The position numbers and the translations under genes are program-made. Below, in pieces: positions 37,190-46,507 of a DNA stretch of 64,000 nt. The notes beneath the pieces are model-generated. The model was not told where the DNA came from. It made no database searches and worked only from the letters and a program-made list of their open reading frames with translations. This DNA is from an uncultured Bifidobacterium sp. (GTDB lineage: Bacteria; Actinomycetota; Actinomycetes; S36-B12; UBA5976): positions 9,198 through 73,197 of the forward strand of contig CAZZKM010000003.1 in assembly GCA_964655115.1 (NCBI GenBank). Reading direction: 5' to 3'. Numbering within the stretch: the stretch's first letter is position 1; each line of letters begins with the position of its first letter.

Positions 37190-37549
37190 ATCAGGCTTGA
37201 ATTCTGTTTTTCTTCTCGTAATCAAGGCGTCATTTGGAAAATGAGGCTTGAACTTGTGGGATACTTTAAGTACTGGTTAAACACCTGGTCAATTCCCAAG
37301 GTGAAGAGAACCAAAAAAGACTTAGCCGAGCAGCGGTGCTCGGAAGAACGACAAAAAAGATTTGCGTAGTGCCAAATTGGTAGTTAGACGAATTTATTTG
37401 AAGTTCTAAACAAAAGACCTTAAGAAACTTTAGGTTTGAATTTAATTATTTAAACCAAACAGTTTTACCAACACAAACAAATTGTGTAGGTAAACAAGCT
37501 TAATAAGCATTGCTTATCTGCACTAAAAAGATTTAGGAGTAAAGCCGTC

Positions 37550-39409
37550 ATGGCTGACGAAGAAAAACCATCTTTGCGTAAGCGTTTTCGAATAGCAACA
37601 TTTTCAGCATCAGAAGATTCACCAACACCAGTTGTAGAAACACCTGTTGGTTCACCCTCTGTTGCCTTTCAGCAAGCAGTTGTTCCACCCAGAACTCCTG
37701 GTGCTAACAAACCAGATTCTGAAAACAAAGAAGAACGTGGACTATTAAGACGTGCTCGCGGAGTAAGAAGAAGACGTGCCAGTGATGAAGAAATTGACAA
37801 CAACGAGTCAAAAGAAAATAATTTTTCAAAAGATGATGAGTCATCAGAAGCTACTCACAGAAGAATTAGAAAAAGAGTTAGAGCAACAGATGTTAACTCT
37901 GAAGAAGTAGCTGCAGAAGATCCAAACACGGTAGTAAGGGTTCGTGCACCAAGAGAACGAACATCTAACAGATCTTCAACCAGAATTGATGCTAAACGCC
38001 AACGACGAAAAGATGGAAGAGATTCAGGCCGAAGAAGAACACCAGTATTAACAGAAGCAGAATTCTTAGCTCGTCGCGAAAGTGTTGATCGAGTTATGGT
38101 TGTTCGCCAAAACTTAGATCGTATTCAAATTGCTGTTTTAGAAGACAACATGCTTGTTGAGCATTATGTATCGCGAGGTCAATCTGCTTCATTGATTGGA
38201 AATGTTTACTTAGGAAAAGTTCAAAATGTGCTGCCAAGTATGGAAGCCGCTTTTATTGACATTGGTCGCGGAAGAAACGGTGTTCTTTATGCAGGTGAAG
38301 TTAATTGGGATGCAGCAGGTCTTGACGGCCAACCAAAAAGAATTGAACTTGCCTTAAAAACAAATGATTCTGTTTTAGTTCAAGTCACAAAAGATCCAGT
38401 TGGACAAAAAGGGGCAAGACTAACAAGTCAAATTTCGTTACCAGGTAGATATTTAGTTTACGTACCAGATGGATCTGTTACAGGAATAAGCAGAAAACTT
38501 CCTGATGTAGAAAGAACTAGATTAAAAAGAATTTTAAGAAACATAGTTCCAGAAGGTGCTGGAGTTATTGTTCGAACTGCTGCAGAAGGCGCAACTGAAG
38601 AACAGTTACAAAAAGATGTCGCAAGACTTCAAGCACAATGGGAAAATATTCAAAATAAAACAAAGGATAGTAATCCTGCTTCTTTGCTTTATTCTGAACC
38701 AGATCTTGCTATACGAGTTGTCAGAGATATTTTCAATGAAGATTTCAAAAAACTAATAGTTGCAGGAAATGATGCCTGGGACACTATTGAAGAGTATGTC
38801 AAATATGTTGCGCCAGATCTTGCTGACCGTTTAGAAAAATGGAATGGCGAAGGCGATGTATTTGCAGCAAATCGTATTGATGAACAAATATCAAAAGCTC
38901 TGGATCGAAAAGTCTATCTACCATCAGGTGGCTCTTTAGTAATCGATCGAACTGAAGCGATGACTGTTATTGATGTCAACACTGGCAAATTTATTGGTCA
39001 AGGTGGAAATCTTGAAGAAACAGTAACCAAAAACAATCTTGAAGCAGCTGAAGAAATAGTTCGACAATTAAGACTTCGCGATGTTGGTGGAATTATTGTT
39101 ATTGACTTTATTGACATGGTTCTTGAGGCAAATAGGGATCAAGTTCTTCGAAGACTTGTTGAATGTCTTGGTCGCGATCGAACTAAACATCAAGTAGCAG
39201 AAGTTTCTTCTCTAGGTCTTGTTCAAATGACCAGAAAAAGAATTAGTACAGGATTGTTGGAAACTTTCTCTGAAGCCTGCGAGCATTGCAATGGACGAGG
39301 GGTCAAGGTGTTTTCAGAGCCAGTAGACCATAAGCACTCAGATAGACGATTCAAGAGAGAAAATACCGAGGCAACAGAAGCAAATTCTGAAGAGAATGCC
39401 AGGCAATAG
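37550..39409 (+). CDS. rne: Ribonuclease E/G with an Arg/Glu/Ser-rich disordered N-terminal extension
   Basis: 619 aa. Residues 1 to about 170 are low-complexity and basic/acidic. These are followed by an S1 domain (GNVYLGKVQNVLPSMEAAFIDIG), VIDVNTGKF, and IIVIDFIDM catalytic-core motifs. Confidence 0.9.
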   Translation: MADEEKPSLRKRFRIATFSASEDSPTPVVETPVGSPSVAFQQAVVPPRTPGANKPDSENKEERGLLRRARGVRRRRASDEEIDNNESKENNFSKDDESSEATHRRIRKRVRATDVNSEEVAAEDPNTVVRVRAPRERTSNRSSTRIDAKRQRRKDGRDSGRRRTPVLTEAEFLARRESVDRVMVVRQNLDRIQIAVLEDNMLVEHYVSRGQSASLIGNVYLGKVQNVLPSMEAAFIDIGRGRNGVLYAGEVNWDAAGLDGQPKRIELALKTNDSVLVQVTKDPVGQKGARLTSQISLPGRYLVYVPDGSVTGISRKLPDVERTRLKRILRNIVPEGAGVIVRTAAEGATEEQLQKDVARLQAQWENIQNKTKDSNPASLLYSEPDLAIRVVRDIFNEDFKKLIVAGNDAWDTIEEYVKYVAPDLADRLEKWNGEGDVFAANRIDEQISKALDRKVYLPSGGSLVIDRTEAMTVIDVNTGKFIGQGGNLEETVTKNNLEAAEEIVRQLRLRDVGGIIVIDFIDMVLEANRDQVLRRLVECLGRDRTKHQVAEVSSLGLVQMTRKRISTGLLETFSEACEHCNGRGVKVFSEPVDHKHSDRRFKRENTEATEANSEENARQ

Positions 39410-39508
39410 GAAAGGCTAAATTTTAGATTTAGTAATCTAGGAAGACGCCCTTTCCACTTGGCAAAATTTAGTTTTGTAAAAAGAAAGTATTAAAAGGAGA
39501 AAACGACA

Positions 39509-39823
39509 GTGTATGCAATAGTGCGTTCTGGTGGACGTCAAGAAAAAGTATCTGTTGGCGACACTGTTGTCATGGATCGACAAGACGCTAAACCAGGTTC
39601 AAAAATTAATCTTCCAGCATTGATGGTTGTAGATAATGGAAAAATCACTCACGATGCACAAACTTTGTCTGCTACTAAAGTTGAAGCTGAAGTGATTTCA
39701 CATGATCGTGGACCAAAAATTAAAATTCAACATTACAGAAGTAAAACTGGTTACAAACGCCGTTTAGGTCATCGTCAGGAATTAACAACTGTAAAAGTTA
39801 CAGATATCAAGGTAGGTAAATAA
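39509..39823 (+). CDS. rplU: 50S ribosomal protein L21
   Basis: 104 aa, GTG start after AAGGAGA. N-terminus MYAIVRSGGRQEKV. Confidence 0.95.
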   Translation: MYAIVRSGGRQEKVSVGDTVVMDRQDAKPGSKINLPALMVVDNGKITHDAQTLSATKVEAEVISHDRGPKIKIQHYRSKTGYKRRLGHRQELTTVKVTDIKVGK

Positions 39824-40078
39824 ATGGCATCCAAAAAAGGTGTTTCCAGTACTAGAAACGGTCGCGATTCCAATGCACAAAGACTTGGAATTAAAAGATT
39901 TGGTGGTCAATTGGTTGGCGCTGGAGAAATTATTGTTCGTCAACGTGGAACACAATTTCATCCAGGTGTAAATGTTGGGATTGGTTCAGATGACACATTA
40001 TTTGCGCTTCAACCGGGTGCTGTGAAATTTGGATCACGTCGTGGACGTCGTGTTGTAGATATCGTTCCGGCTGAGTAA
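39824..40078 (+). CDS. rpmA: 50S ribosomal protein L27
   Basis: 84 aa. Motifs: [22 protein letters not shown] and [13 protein letters not shown]. Confidence 0.95.
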   Translation: MASKKGVSSTRNGRDSNAQRLGIKRFGGQLVGAGEIIVRQRGTQFHPGVNVGIGSDDTLFALQPGAVKFGSRRGRRVVDIVPAE

Positions 40079-40102
40079 CCCGTTAAAAATATTTTTAAAA
40101 AA

Positions 40103-40130
40103 GGGCGGGCAGAAAAATGTCCGCCCTTTT
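40103..40130 (+). terminator. Rho-independent terminator after rplU-rpmA
   Basis: GGGCGGGCA-gaaaaa-TGTCCGCCC forms a 9-bp stem (one G-U) followed by TTTT. An A-tract precedes it, so it could act in both directions. Confidence 0.85.
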
Positions 40131-40155
40131 AAATTTATAAAAAGGTGGTGATGAA

Positions 40156-41505
40156 ATGTTTGTAGATCAAGTACTAATACATGCCAAAGCTGGCAGCGGT
40201 GGAAGTGGTTGCACATCAGTTCATCGCGAAAAATTTAAACCACTTGGTGGACCAGATGGTGGAAACGGTGGTCGAGGTGGAGATGTTGTTTTAGTAGTTG
40301 ATGCAAATGTGACAACTCTTTTGGAATATCACCGACATCCACATCAAATTGCTCCAAATGGAAAACCTGGACAAGGAAGCCACAATAACGGGGCAAATGG
40401 TCCAGATTTAATTTTGCCTGTTCCTGCCGGCACTGTTGTTTATTCAATGCAAAATGAAATTCTCGCAGATTTAGTTAAACCAGATATGCGTTATGTAATT
40501 GCTGAAGGTGGTGCTGGTGGTTTAGGTAATGCTGCACTCTCATCTAATAAAAGAAAAGCGCCAGGCTTTTCTTTACTAGGTGAACCTGGAGAAATAAATG
40601 ATGTAAAACTTGAACTTAAATCTTTGGCTGATGTTGCATTAGTTGGTTTTCCAAGTGCAGGAAAATCAAGTTTAGTTTCAGTTATTAGTGCTGCTAAACC
40701 AAAAATTGCAGATTATCCATTTACAACTTTGGTGCCAAATCTTGGAGTTGTAGAAGCAGGCGAGGAAAGTTTCACTGTCGCAGACGTACCTGGATTAATT
40801 GAAGGGGCAAGTGCGGGAAAGGGTTTAGGTTTGGAATTTTTAAGACACGTTGAAAGATGCGCTGTTTTAGTTCATGTAATCGATTGTGCAACCTTAGAAC
40901 CAGGACGAGATCCAATAAATGATTTAGATGTCATAGAAAAAGAATTAGAAATTTATGGCGGTTTACAAGATAGACCACGACTAGTTGCTTTAAATAAAAT
41001 TGATGTTCCAGAAGCACGAGAATTAGCCGAAATGATGATTCCTGAATTAGAAAAAAGAAATTTAAAAGGCTTTATGATTTCAGCGGTTACCAGAGAAGGT
41101 TTAAAAGAATTAATATTTGCTATGTCGGAATTAGTTATCAAATGGCGAAAAGATCATATGGAGGATGAGAAGGCGCGCATAATAATTAGACCTGAAGGCG
41201 TTGGAAATATTGAATTTAAAGTTAGAAAAGTTGGCGAGAGATTTTTTGTTACAGGTAGCAAAGTAGAAAGATGGATTAAACAAACAGACTTTGCAAACGA
41301 TGAAGCAGTGGGTTATTTAGCGGATCGTTTTGCCACATTAGGTATAGAGGATGCACTGAGAAAAGCTGGTGCCACACCAGGAGTAGAAGTTGCTATTGGG
41401 GAAGGCGAAGACGCTGTACTTTTTGATTGGGATCCAGAAATTGATACAGGTGTTAAGAATATTCGTGGACCAAGAGGAACTGATATTAGATTGGATGGAA
41501 GATGA
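40156..41505 (+). CDS. obg: GTPase Obg/CgtA
   Basis: 449 aa. N-terminus [27 protein letters not shown] (Gly-rich Obg fold), G1 [22 protein letters not shown]. Confidence 0.94.
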   Translation: MFVDQVLIHAKAGSGGSGCTSVHREKFKPLGGPDGGNGGRGGDVVLVVDANVTTLLEYHRHPHQIAPNGKPGQGSHNNGANGPDLILPVPAGTVVYSMQNEILADLVKPDMRYVIAEGGAGGLGNAALSSNKRKAPGFSLLGEPGEINDVKLELKSLADVALVGFPSAGKSSLVSVISAAKPKIADYPFTTLVPNLGVVEAGEESFTVADVPGLIEGASAGKGLGLEFLRHVERCAVLVHVIDCATLEPGRDPINDLDVIEKELEIYGGLQDRPRLVALNKIDVPEARELAEMMIPELEKRNLKGFMISAVTREGLKELIFAMSELVIKWRKDHMEDEKARIIIRPEGVGNIEFKVRKVGERFFVTGSKVERWIKQTDFANDEAVGYLADRFATLGIEDALRKAGATPGVEVAIGEGEDAVLFDWDPEIDTGVKNIRGPRGTDIRLDGR

Positions 41506-42644
41506 GTAAAGATTTAAGAAATCAAATCTCTAATTCCAAAAGAATCGTTGTAAAAATAGGTTCTTCCTCAATTACAACTGCACAAGGTGGGATTGACGAA
41601 GAAAAAATAAATCACATAGTTCAAGCAATCGCAAAACATCACAATAAAGAGCATGAAATTGTTTTGGTTTCTTCTGGAGCAATTGCAGCCGGACTGGCAC
41701 CTTTAAAACTTGACTCTCGTCCTAAAGATTTATCGTTACAGCAAGCTGTTGCAAGTGTTGGACAAAGTTTATTAGTTAATAAGTATTCTCAAGAATTTTT
41801 AAAACATGGAATAAACGTAGGCCAAGTTCTTTTAACAGCAGAAGACATGAGTAGACGTTCACATTATCGAAATGCGCAAAGAACATTTAACAAATTATTG
41901 GAAATGAAAGTCGTTCCAATTGTTAATGAAAATGACACTGTAGCCACAGATGAAATTAGAGTGGGAGATAACGACAGATTAGCTGGGATTGTTACTCACC
42001 TAATCAATGCCGATGCTTTAATTCTTCTCTCAGATGTAGATGGGCTTTATACCGCTCCACCAGGAAACAGCAATTCTAAATTTATATCTGAAGTAAAAGA
42101 TTTCACTGAAATAGATGATTTAGAAATAGGCGGAGCAGGAGCAAGTGGAGTTGGCACTGGAGGAATGTTTACAAAAGTTCAAGCAGCTCGCATTGCAAGT
42201 GCCGGAGGAGTTACCGTGTTAATTACTGATGCCAAAAATCTTGATTCTGTTTTTGATGGTAAAGAAGTTGGAACAATATTTTGGCCAAAGAAAGCAAAAT
42301 TATCTGCAAGGTCACTTTGGATTGCACATGCTGCAGATATTGAAGGTCAAATAAAAATTGATCAAGGGGCAGCAAAAGCTCTTTTGACCAAACAAGCTTC
42401 TTTATTAAGTGCAGGGATTAAAGACGTATATGGTGATTTCGAAGACGGAGCCGTTGTTGAAGTAATTGATGAAAACCGTCAAGTAATAGCCAAAGGCTTG
42501 ACTAATTTTGATTCTTCAGAATTACCAAAAATGATTGGAAAGAATTCTGCCAAATTGATTGAGGAGTTTGGTGAGGGTTATGAAAAAGAAGTAATTCATC
42601 GTGATGATTTAGTTTTAAATAACGATATAATTTTGGATAAATAA
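41502..42644 (+). CDS. proB: Glutamate 5-kinase (with a PUA domain)
   Basis: 380 aa. Motifs: [30 protein letters not shown] overlap with obg. Confidence 0.92.
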   Translation: MSKDLRNQISNSKRIVVKIGSSSITTAQGGIDEEKINHIVQAIAKHHNKEHEIVLVSSGAIAAGLAPLKLDSRPKDLSLQQAVASVGQSLLVNKYSQEFLKHGINVGQVLLTAEDMSRRSHYRNAQRTFNKLLEMKVVPIVNENDTVATDEIRVGDNDRLAGIVTHLINADALILLSDVDGLYTAPPGNSNSKFISEVKDFTEIDDLEIGGAGASGVGTGGMFTKVQAARIASAGGVTVLITDAKNLDSVFDGKEVGTIFWPKKAKLSARSLWIAHAADIEGQIKIDQGAAKALLTKQASLLSAGIKDVYGDFEDGAVVEVIDENRQVIAKGLTNFDSSELPKMIGKNSAKLIEEFGEGYEKEVIHRDDLVLNNDIILDK

Positions 42645-42653
42645 AGAGAACAA

Positions 42654-43949
42654 ATGACAAATCAAAATTCTAATCCAGTAGAGGCACTTGCAAAAAGAGC
42701 TAAAGAAGCAAGCTACGAATTATCTCAATTAAATAGGGATGTTAAAGATAGAGCTTTAACTCTTATGGCAAAAGATTTAATTCAAAAATCCAATGACATA
42801 GTTAAGGCCAATGAAATTGATATAAAAAATGCGATGGAGAACAACGTTGATAAATATTTGATTGATCGATTAACTTTAAATGAATCAAGAATAAAAGAAG
42901 TAGCAAATGGATTAAATGAAATTGCACAATTAAAAGATCCAGTTGGAGAAGTTGTAAGAGGATGGGTACAACCAAATGGATTAGAGATAGAGCAAATACG
43001 GGTACCTTTAGGTGTAGTAGGAATTGTCTATGAAGCAAGACCAAATGTCACAGTGGATGCAGTAGGAATCTGTTTAAAAAGTGGTAATTCAGTTCTATTA
43101 AGAGGATCGTCTTCGGCACAAAATACTAATGCTGCCTTAATTAAAATTATGCGTGAAAGTTTAAAAAATTTGAACATTCCTGAAGATGCGATAATTCAAA
43201 TTCCAGCCGATTCTCATGAATCCGTTAAGCAATTAATGAATGCCCGTGGTCTAGTAGATGTTTTAATTCCAAGAGGAGGAGCATCTTTAATTGAATCAAT
43301 CGTAAATGACTCGAAGGTTCCAGTAATTGAAACTGGAGTTGGTAATTGTCATGTTTATATTGACGAACATGCAGATATTGATATGGCCGTTTCTATTCTT
43401 GTTAATTCAAAAGTTTCTCGTTGCAGTGTTTGTAATGCTGCAGAGACATTTCTAGTTCATGAAAAGATTGCTGAAAACTTTTTACCAAAAGCTTTAAGTG
43501 AGTTGAAAAAATATGATGTAACTATCCATGGAGATCAAAAAATAAAGAAATATTGCGAAGAAGTTGGAATTAATTATCTAGAAGCAACAGATCATGATTG
43601 GACTTGCGAATATTACAGTTTAGATATAGCTGCAGGCATAGTTAGTTCAATTGATGAAGCAATCTCGCATATCCGAAAATGGTCTTCCAATCACACCGAG
43701 GCGATAGTTTCAGATTCAGTGCAAAATGTTGAAAAATTTGTTAAAGAAGTAGATTCTGCAGCTGTGATGATAAATGCTTCTACTCGATTCACAGACGGTG
43801 GAGAGTTTGGATTTGGTGCAGAGATGGGTATTTCTAATCAAAAACTCCACGCCAGAGGTCCTATGGGATTATTAGAAATGACAAGCACTAAGTATGTTGT
43901 TAAAGGTAAAGGTCACATCAGGGGAAATGTTGGTGAAATAAAGAAATGA
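42654..43949 (+). CDS. proA: Gamma-glutamyl phosphate reductase
   Basis: 431 aa, aldehyde dehydrogenase fold. Motifs: IYEARPNVTVDA, catalytic Cys box CNAAETFLVH, HTEAIV. Confidence 0.92.
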   Translation: MTNQNSNPVEALAKRAKEASYELSQLNRDVKDRALTLMAKDLIQKSNDIVKANEIDIKNAMENNVDKYLIDRLTLNESRIKEVANGLNEIAQLKDPVGEVVRGWVQPNGLEIEQIRVPLGVVGIVYEARPNVTVDAVGICLKSGNSVLLRGSSSAQNTNAALIKIMRESLKNLNIPEDAIIQIPADSHESVKQLMNARGLVDVLIPRGGASLIESIVNDSKVPVIETGVGNCHVYIDEHADIDMAVSILVNSKVSRCSVCNAAETFLVHEKIAENFLPKALSELKKYDVTIHGDQKIKKYCEEVGINYLEATDHDWTCEYYSLDIAAGIVSSIDEAISHIRKWSSNHTEAIVSDSVQNVEKFVKEVDSAAVMINASTRFTDGGEFGFGAEMGISNQKLHARGPMGLLEMTSTKYVVKGKGHIRGNVGEIKK

Positions 43950-44077
43950 TCAGATTAAGTGAAGTTGCAGAAAAAGGTGTTGAACTTCCATTTCATCCAT
44001 TAGTTTTTGGTTTTGGAATGTTTGGATTATTAGTTGTGGCATTAATTGTGGTCACAAGGTTAAACGCAGACCGATAA
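43946..44077 (+). CDS. Unannotated 43-aa single-pass membrane micro-protein
   Basis: ATG 43946 overlaps the proA stop (ATGA). It encodes MIRLSEVAEKGVELPFHPLVFGFGMFGLLVVALIVVTRLNADR. TAA at 44075-44077 lies 1 nt before the nadD GTG. It falls below the 60-aa cutoff of the ORF track. Confidence 0.45.
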   Translation: MIRLSEVAEKGVELPFHPLVFGFGMFGLLVVALIVVTRLNADR

Positions 44078-44078
44078 A

Positions 44079-44642
44079 GTGAAATCCCGGATAGGGCTAT
44101 TGGGTGGAACATTTAACCCAATTCATTTTGGTCATATTGAAATAGCTAAAGCAGCACTAAATTTATTAAATCTTGATAAATTACTTTTTATTCCAGCTGG
44201 AAATCCTTGGCAAAAAGAAGATTTCATATCCTTTGACCATCGATTAAAAATGTTAAAACTTGCAATTAAAAATTTAGAAAAAGTTGAAATATCTGAAATA
44301 GAAAAAGATGAAAATCAACCTTCCTACACCTATCAAACCTTGCAAAAACTCCACCCAATTTATCCTGATTCAGAATTTATTTTTTTAATGGGTAGTGATG
44401 CTGTAAAAAATATAGGAACTTGGAAAGAACCAAATTTAGTGAAAACTTTAGCGAGGATTTATATTGTTCCCCGACAAAATGATCCAATTGTTGACTGGCA
44501 TTTTGACCGATTACAGTTTAGTCCTATTCCTATTTCTTCGTCTCAAATTCGAGAAAAAATAAAAAATGAAGAGTCGATTGATGAATTTGTTCCATCAGAA
44601 GTAATCAAATACATCAAAGCCAATCAACTATATAAATCTTGA
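44079..44642 (+). CDS. nadD: Nicotinate-nucleotide adenylyltransferase
   Basis: 187 aa, GTG start. Motifs: GGTFNPIHFGH (HxGH) and ISSSQIR (the ISSTxxR-type motif). Confidence 0.9.
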   Translation: MKSRIGLLGGTFNPIHFGHIEIAKAALNLLNLDKLLFIPAGNPWQKEDFISFDHRLKMLKLAIKNLEKVEISEIEKDENQPSYTYQTLQKLHPIYPDSEFIFLMGSDAVKNIGTWKEPNLVKTLARIYIVPRQNDPIVDWHFDRLQFSPIPISSSQIREKIKNEESIDEFVPSEVIKYIKANQLYKS

Positions 44643-44686
44643 GTGTGACATAATAAATACTAATGATAGAAAGTTTTGTTAATTAA

Positions 44687-45043
44687 GTGACAGCATCTTC
44701 AAAGTCTAAAGAAATAGCAACAATCGCAGCAAAAGCAGCCTTTGAAAAGCTTGCAACAGATGTGAAAATGATTGACGTAAGTTCTAGATTTCCACTGTCA
44801 GATATTTTTTTAGTTGCGTCTGTTAATAATGTAAGACAAGCACAAGCGGTCTCTGATGCAATTGAAGAAGAATTAAATAAAATTGGGGTGAAAGCCATTA
44901 ATCGTGAAGGAAATTCTGAAAGCCATTGGCTATTAATTGATTTTTCAGAAATTTTAGTTCACATTCAATTAGCTGAAGATCGAGATTATTACGGATTAGA
45001 AAGATTATGGAAAGACTGTCCAATAGAGGAATTAGATGGGTAA
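44687..45043 (+). CDS. rsfS: Ribosomal silencing factor RsfS
   Basis: 118 aa, GTG start. Motifs: DVKMIDVS, IFLVASVNNVRQAQAVSDAIEE, WLLIDFSEILVHI, YYGLERLW. Follows nadD, which is conserved synteny. Confidence 0.88.
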   Translation: MTASSKSKEIATIAAKAAFEKLATDVKMIDVSSRFPLSDIFLVASVNNVRQAQAVSDAIEEELNKIGVKAINREGNSESHWLLIDFSEILVHIQLAEDRDYYGLERLWKDCPIEELDG

Positions 45044-45683
45044 AAGACAATTGGTCCTTTGGAGACACGGTCGCACAAGTTGGAATTTAGAGCAAAGATT
45101 TCAAGGGCAAACTGATATTCCATTAGACGAAGTTGGTATAGCACAAGCTAAAAAGGCAGCTTCACTTTTACAACATTTGAAGCCAAGTTACATAGTTTCA
45201 TCAGATCTTTCTAGAGCTAATCAGACTGGTTCAATGCTGGCAGATTTGTTGAATTTACAAATCACAAAAGATAAAAGATTTAGAGAAACTGCTCATGGTG
45301 AGTGGGAGGGCTTGACCTATCCCGAATTAAAAAATAAATATGCCGATCAGTATCAAAATTGGTCTAATGGTGAAGAAATAAGACCTGGCACAACAGGTGA
45401 AACAAGAAGTGAAGTTGCCCAAAGAATGGTCGAAGGAATTTATGATCACATGAAATTAGTTCCAGATGGAAATGTATTTGTTATAGCAACTCATGGAGGT
45501 GCTGCAAGAGTTGCGGCAGGAAAATTAATGGGTTTGCCGCCAAAAACTTGGATATCACTTGGAATCATTAGTAATTGTTCTTGGATTGTTCTTGATGAGC
45601 CTCAAAAACCTGAACTTCCATGGCGATTAGTTGAATATAACGCGGGATCGTTACCAACACCTGCACTAAGTGACGATCGATAA
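45036..45683 (+). CDS. Histidine phosphatase family protein (PGM/CobC-like; positional equivalent of mycobacterial GpgP)
   Basis: 215 aa. RHG motif LWRHGRTSWN, and the second His in VIATHGG. Overlaps rsfS by 8 nt. Confidence 0.75.
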   Translation: MGKRQLVLWRHGRTSWNLEQRFQGQTDIPLDEVGIAQAKKAASLLQHLKPSYIVSSDLSRANQTGSMLADLLNLQITKDKRFRETAHGEWEGLTYPELKNKYADQYQNWSNGEEIRPGTTGETRSEVAQRMVEGIYDHMKLVPDGNVFVIATHGGAARVAAGKLMGLPPKTWISLGIISNCSWIVLDEPQKPELPWRLVEYNAGSLPTPALSDDR

Positions 45684-45729
45684 TTTTTAGTTTTTTAAGT
45701 TTTCGATAGAGTTACATTTCAAATATTTT

Positions 45730-45802
<73 letters not shown>

Positions 45803-45834
45803 CAATTATTTGTGTTACATTTAATTTAAGAAAA

Positions 45835-45930
45835 ATCACGGGAGTTCGAACTTCATCGGACTGAGAAAGTGACAAACCTTGTGTCACTGACCGTTTAGAC
45901 CGTTTGGGTAATGCCAGATCGGGAGGAGTA
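45835..45930 (+). promoter_or_regulatory. TPP (THI-box) riboswitch with an inserted helix; its 3' arm overlaps the Shine-Dalgarno
   Basis: ACGGGAG / hairpin GUUCGA-ACUUCA-UCGGAC / CUGAGA / extra 7-bp hairpin AGUGACA-AACCUUG-UGUCACU / GACCG / UUUAG / ACCGUUUGGGUAAUGCCAGAUCGGGAGGAG. The conserved THI-box strings CUGAGA and UGG.UAAUGCCAG..GGGA are present. GGAGGAG lies 5 nt before ATG 45934. Confidence 0.8.
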
Positions 45931-45933
45931 ATT

Positions 45934-46506
45934 ATGTTTGTTTTATTTACTGCTTGGAATTATCAGATAACACTTTTAGAAATTTGTGCCGTAATTGCAT
46001 CTTTAATTGGCGTGTGGTTAGGCACAACTGGAACTCGAATTACATGGCCTTGGTGGATATTAAGTAGTTCTTTATATGGAATTTTATTTTTCAATTTCGA
46101 ATTATATGCAAGTGCCATTTTGCAATTTGTATTTATTGTTGCTGCAATTTGGGGATGGTTTGGCTGGGGTAAAGAAGGAGCAAAGCCAACCAAATTATTA
46201 ATTAAAGAAAGAATAATTTGGTTTTTTCTTTCATTAACTTCATGGTTGATACTTGCACCAATGCTGGCTCTAATTGGAGCAGCTGCAACTTGGTTTGACT
46301 CCTTCATATTGGTGGGAAGTGTAGTTGCGCAAGTTTTAATGGTGAGAGAAAAATATGAAGCTTGGCCTATTTGGGTTGTTGTCAATGCAGTGGCAACTGT
46401 TCATTATGCAAGACAAGAACTTTGGTTTACTTCTCTTTTGTATTTAATTTTTATTTTTATAGCCATAGTTGGATGGAGAAAATGGCTAAAAAAAGCAATT
46501 AATTAA
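45934..46506 (+). CDS. Pnu-family vitamin facilitator (PnuC/PnuT type; PnuT inferred from the riboswitch)
   Basis: 190 aa from ATG 45934. The ORF-track TTG at 45904 lies inside the riboswitch aptamer. The protein is polytopic and has Trp-rich motifs typical of nicotinamide-riboside-transporter-family proteins (ITWPWWILSS, IWGWFGWGK, AWPIWVVVN). Confidence 0.8.
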   Translation: MFVLFTAWNYQITLLEICAVIASLIGVWLGTTGTRITWPWWILSSSLYGILFFNFELYASAILQFVFIVAAIWGWFGWGKEGAKPTKLLIKERIIWFFLSLTSWLILAPMLALIGAAATWFDSFILVGSVVAQVLMVREKYEAWPIWVVVNAVATVHYARQELWFTSLLYLIFIFIAIVGWRKWLKKAIN

Positions 46507-46507
46507 A

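Noticed and set aside
37326-37343. The GC-rich hairpin in the rne leader as a possible stand-alone small RNA gene (SRP/4.5S, 6S or similar)
   Set aside because: The flanks show none of the conserved SRP domain IV or 6S features, and the element is too short. It is better explained as part of the rne 5' UTR.
45904-45933. The ORF-track TTG start (45904) for the Pnu transporter
   Set aside because: The first 30 nt would be translated from the conserved UGGGUAAUGCCAG core of the TPP aptamer. ATG 45934 has a GGAGGAG Shine-Dalgarno 5 nt upstream and gives a typical Pnu N-terminus.
45963-46385. 140-aa minus-strand ORF inside the Pnu transporter gene
   Set aside because: It is antisense to a gene with clear family motifs, and I recognise no motifs or start context. 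This is the kind of chance ORF that can arise opposite a coding strand.
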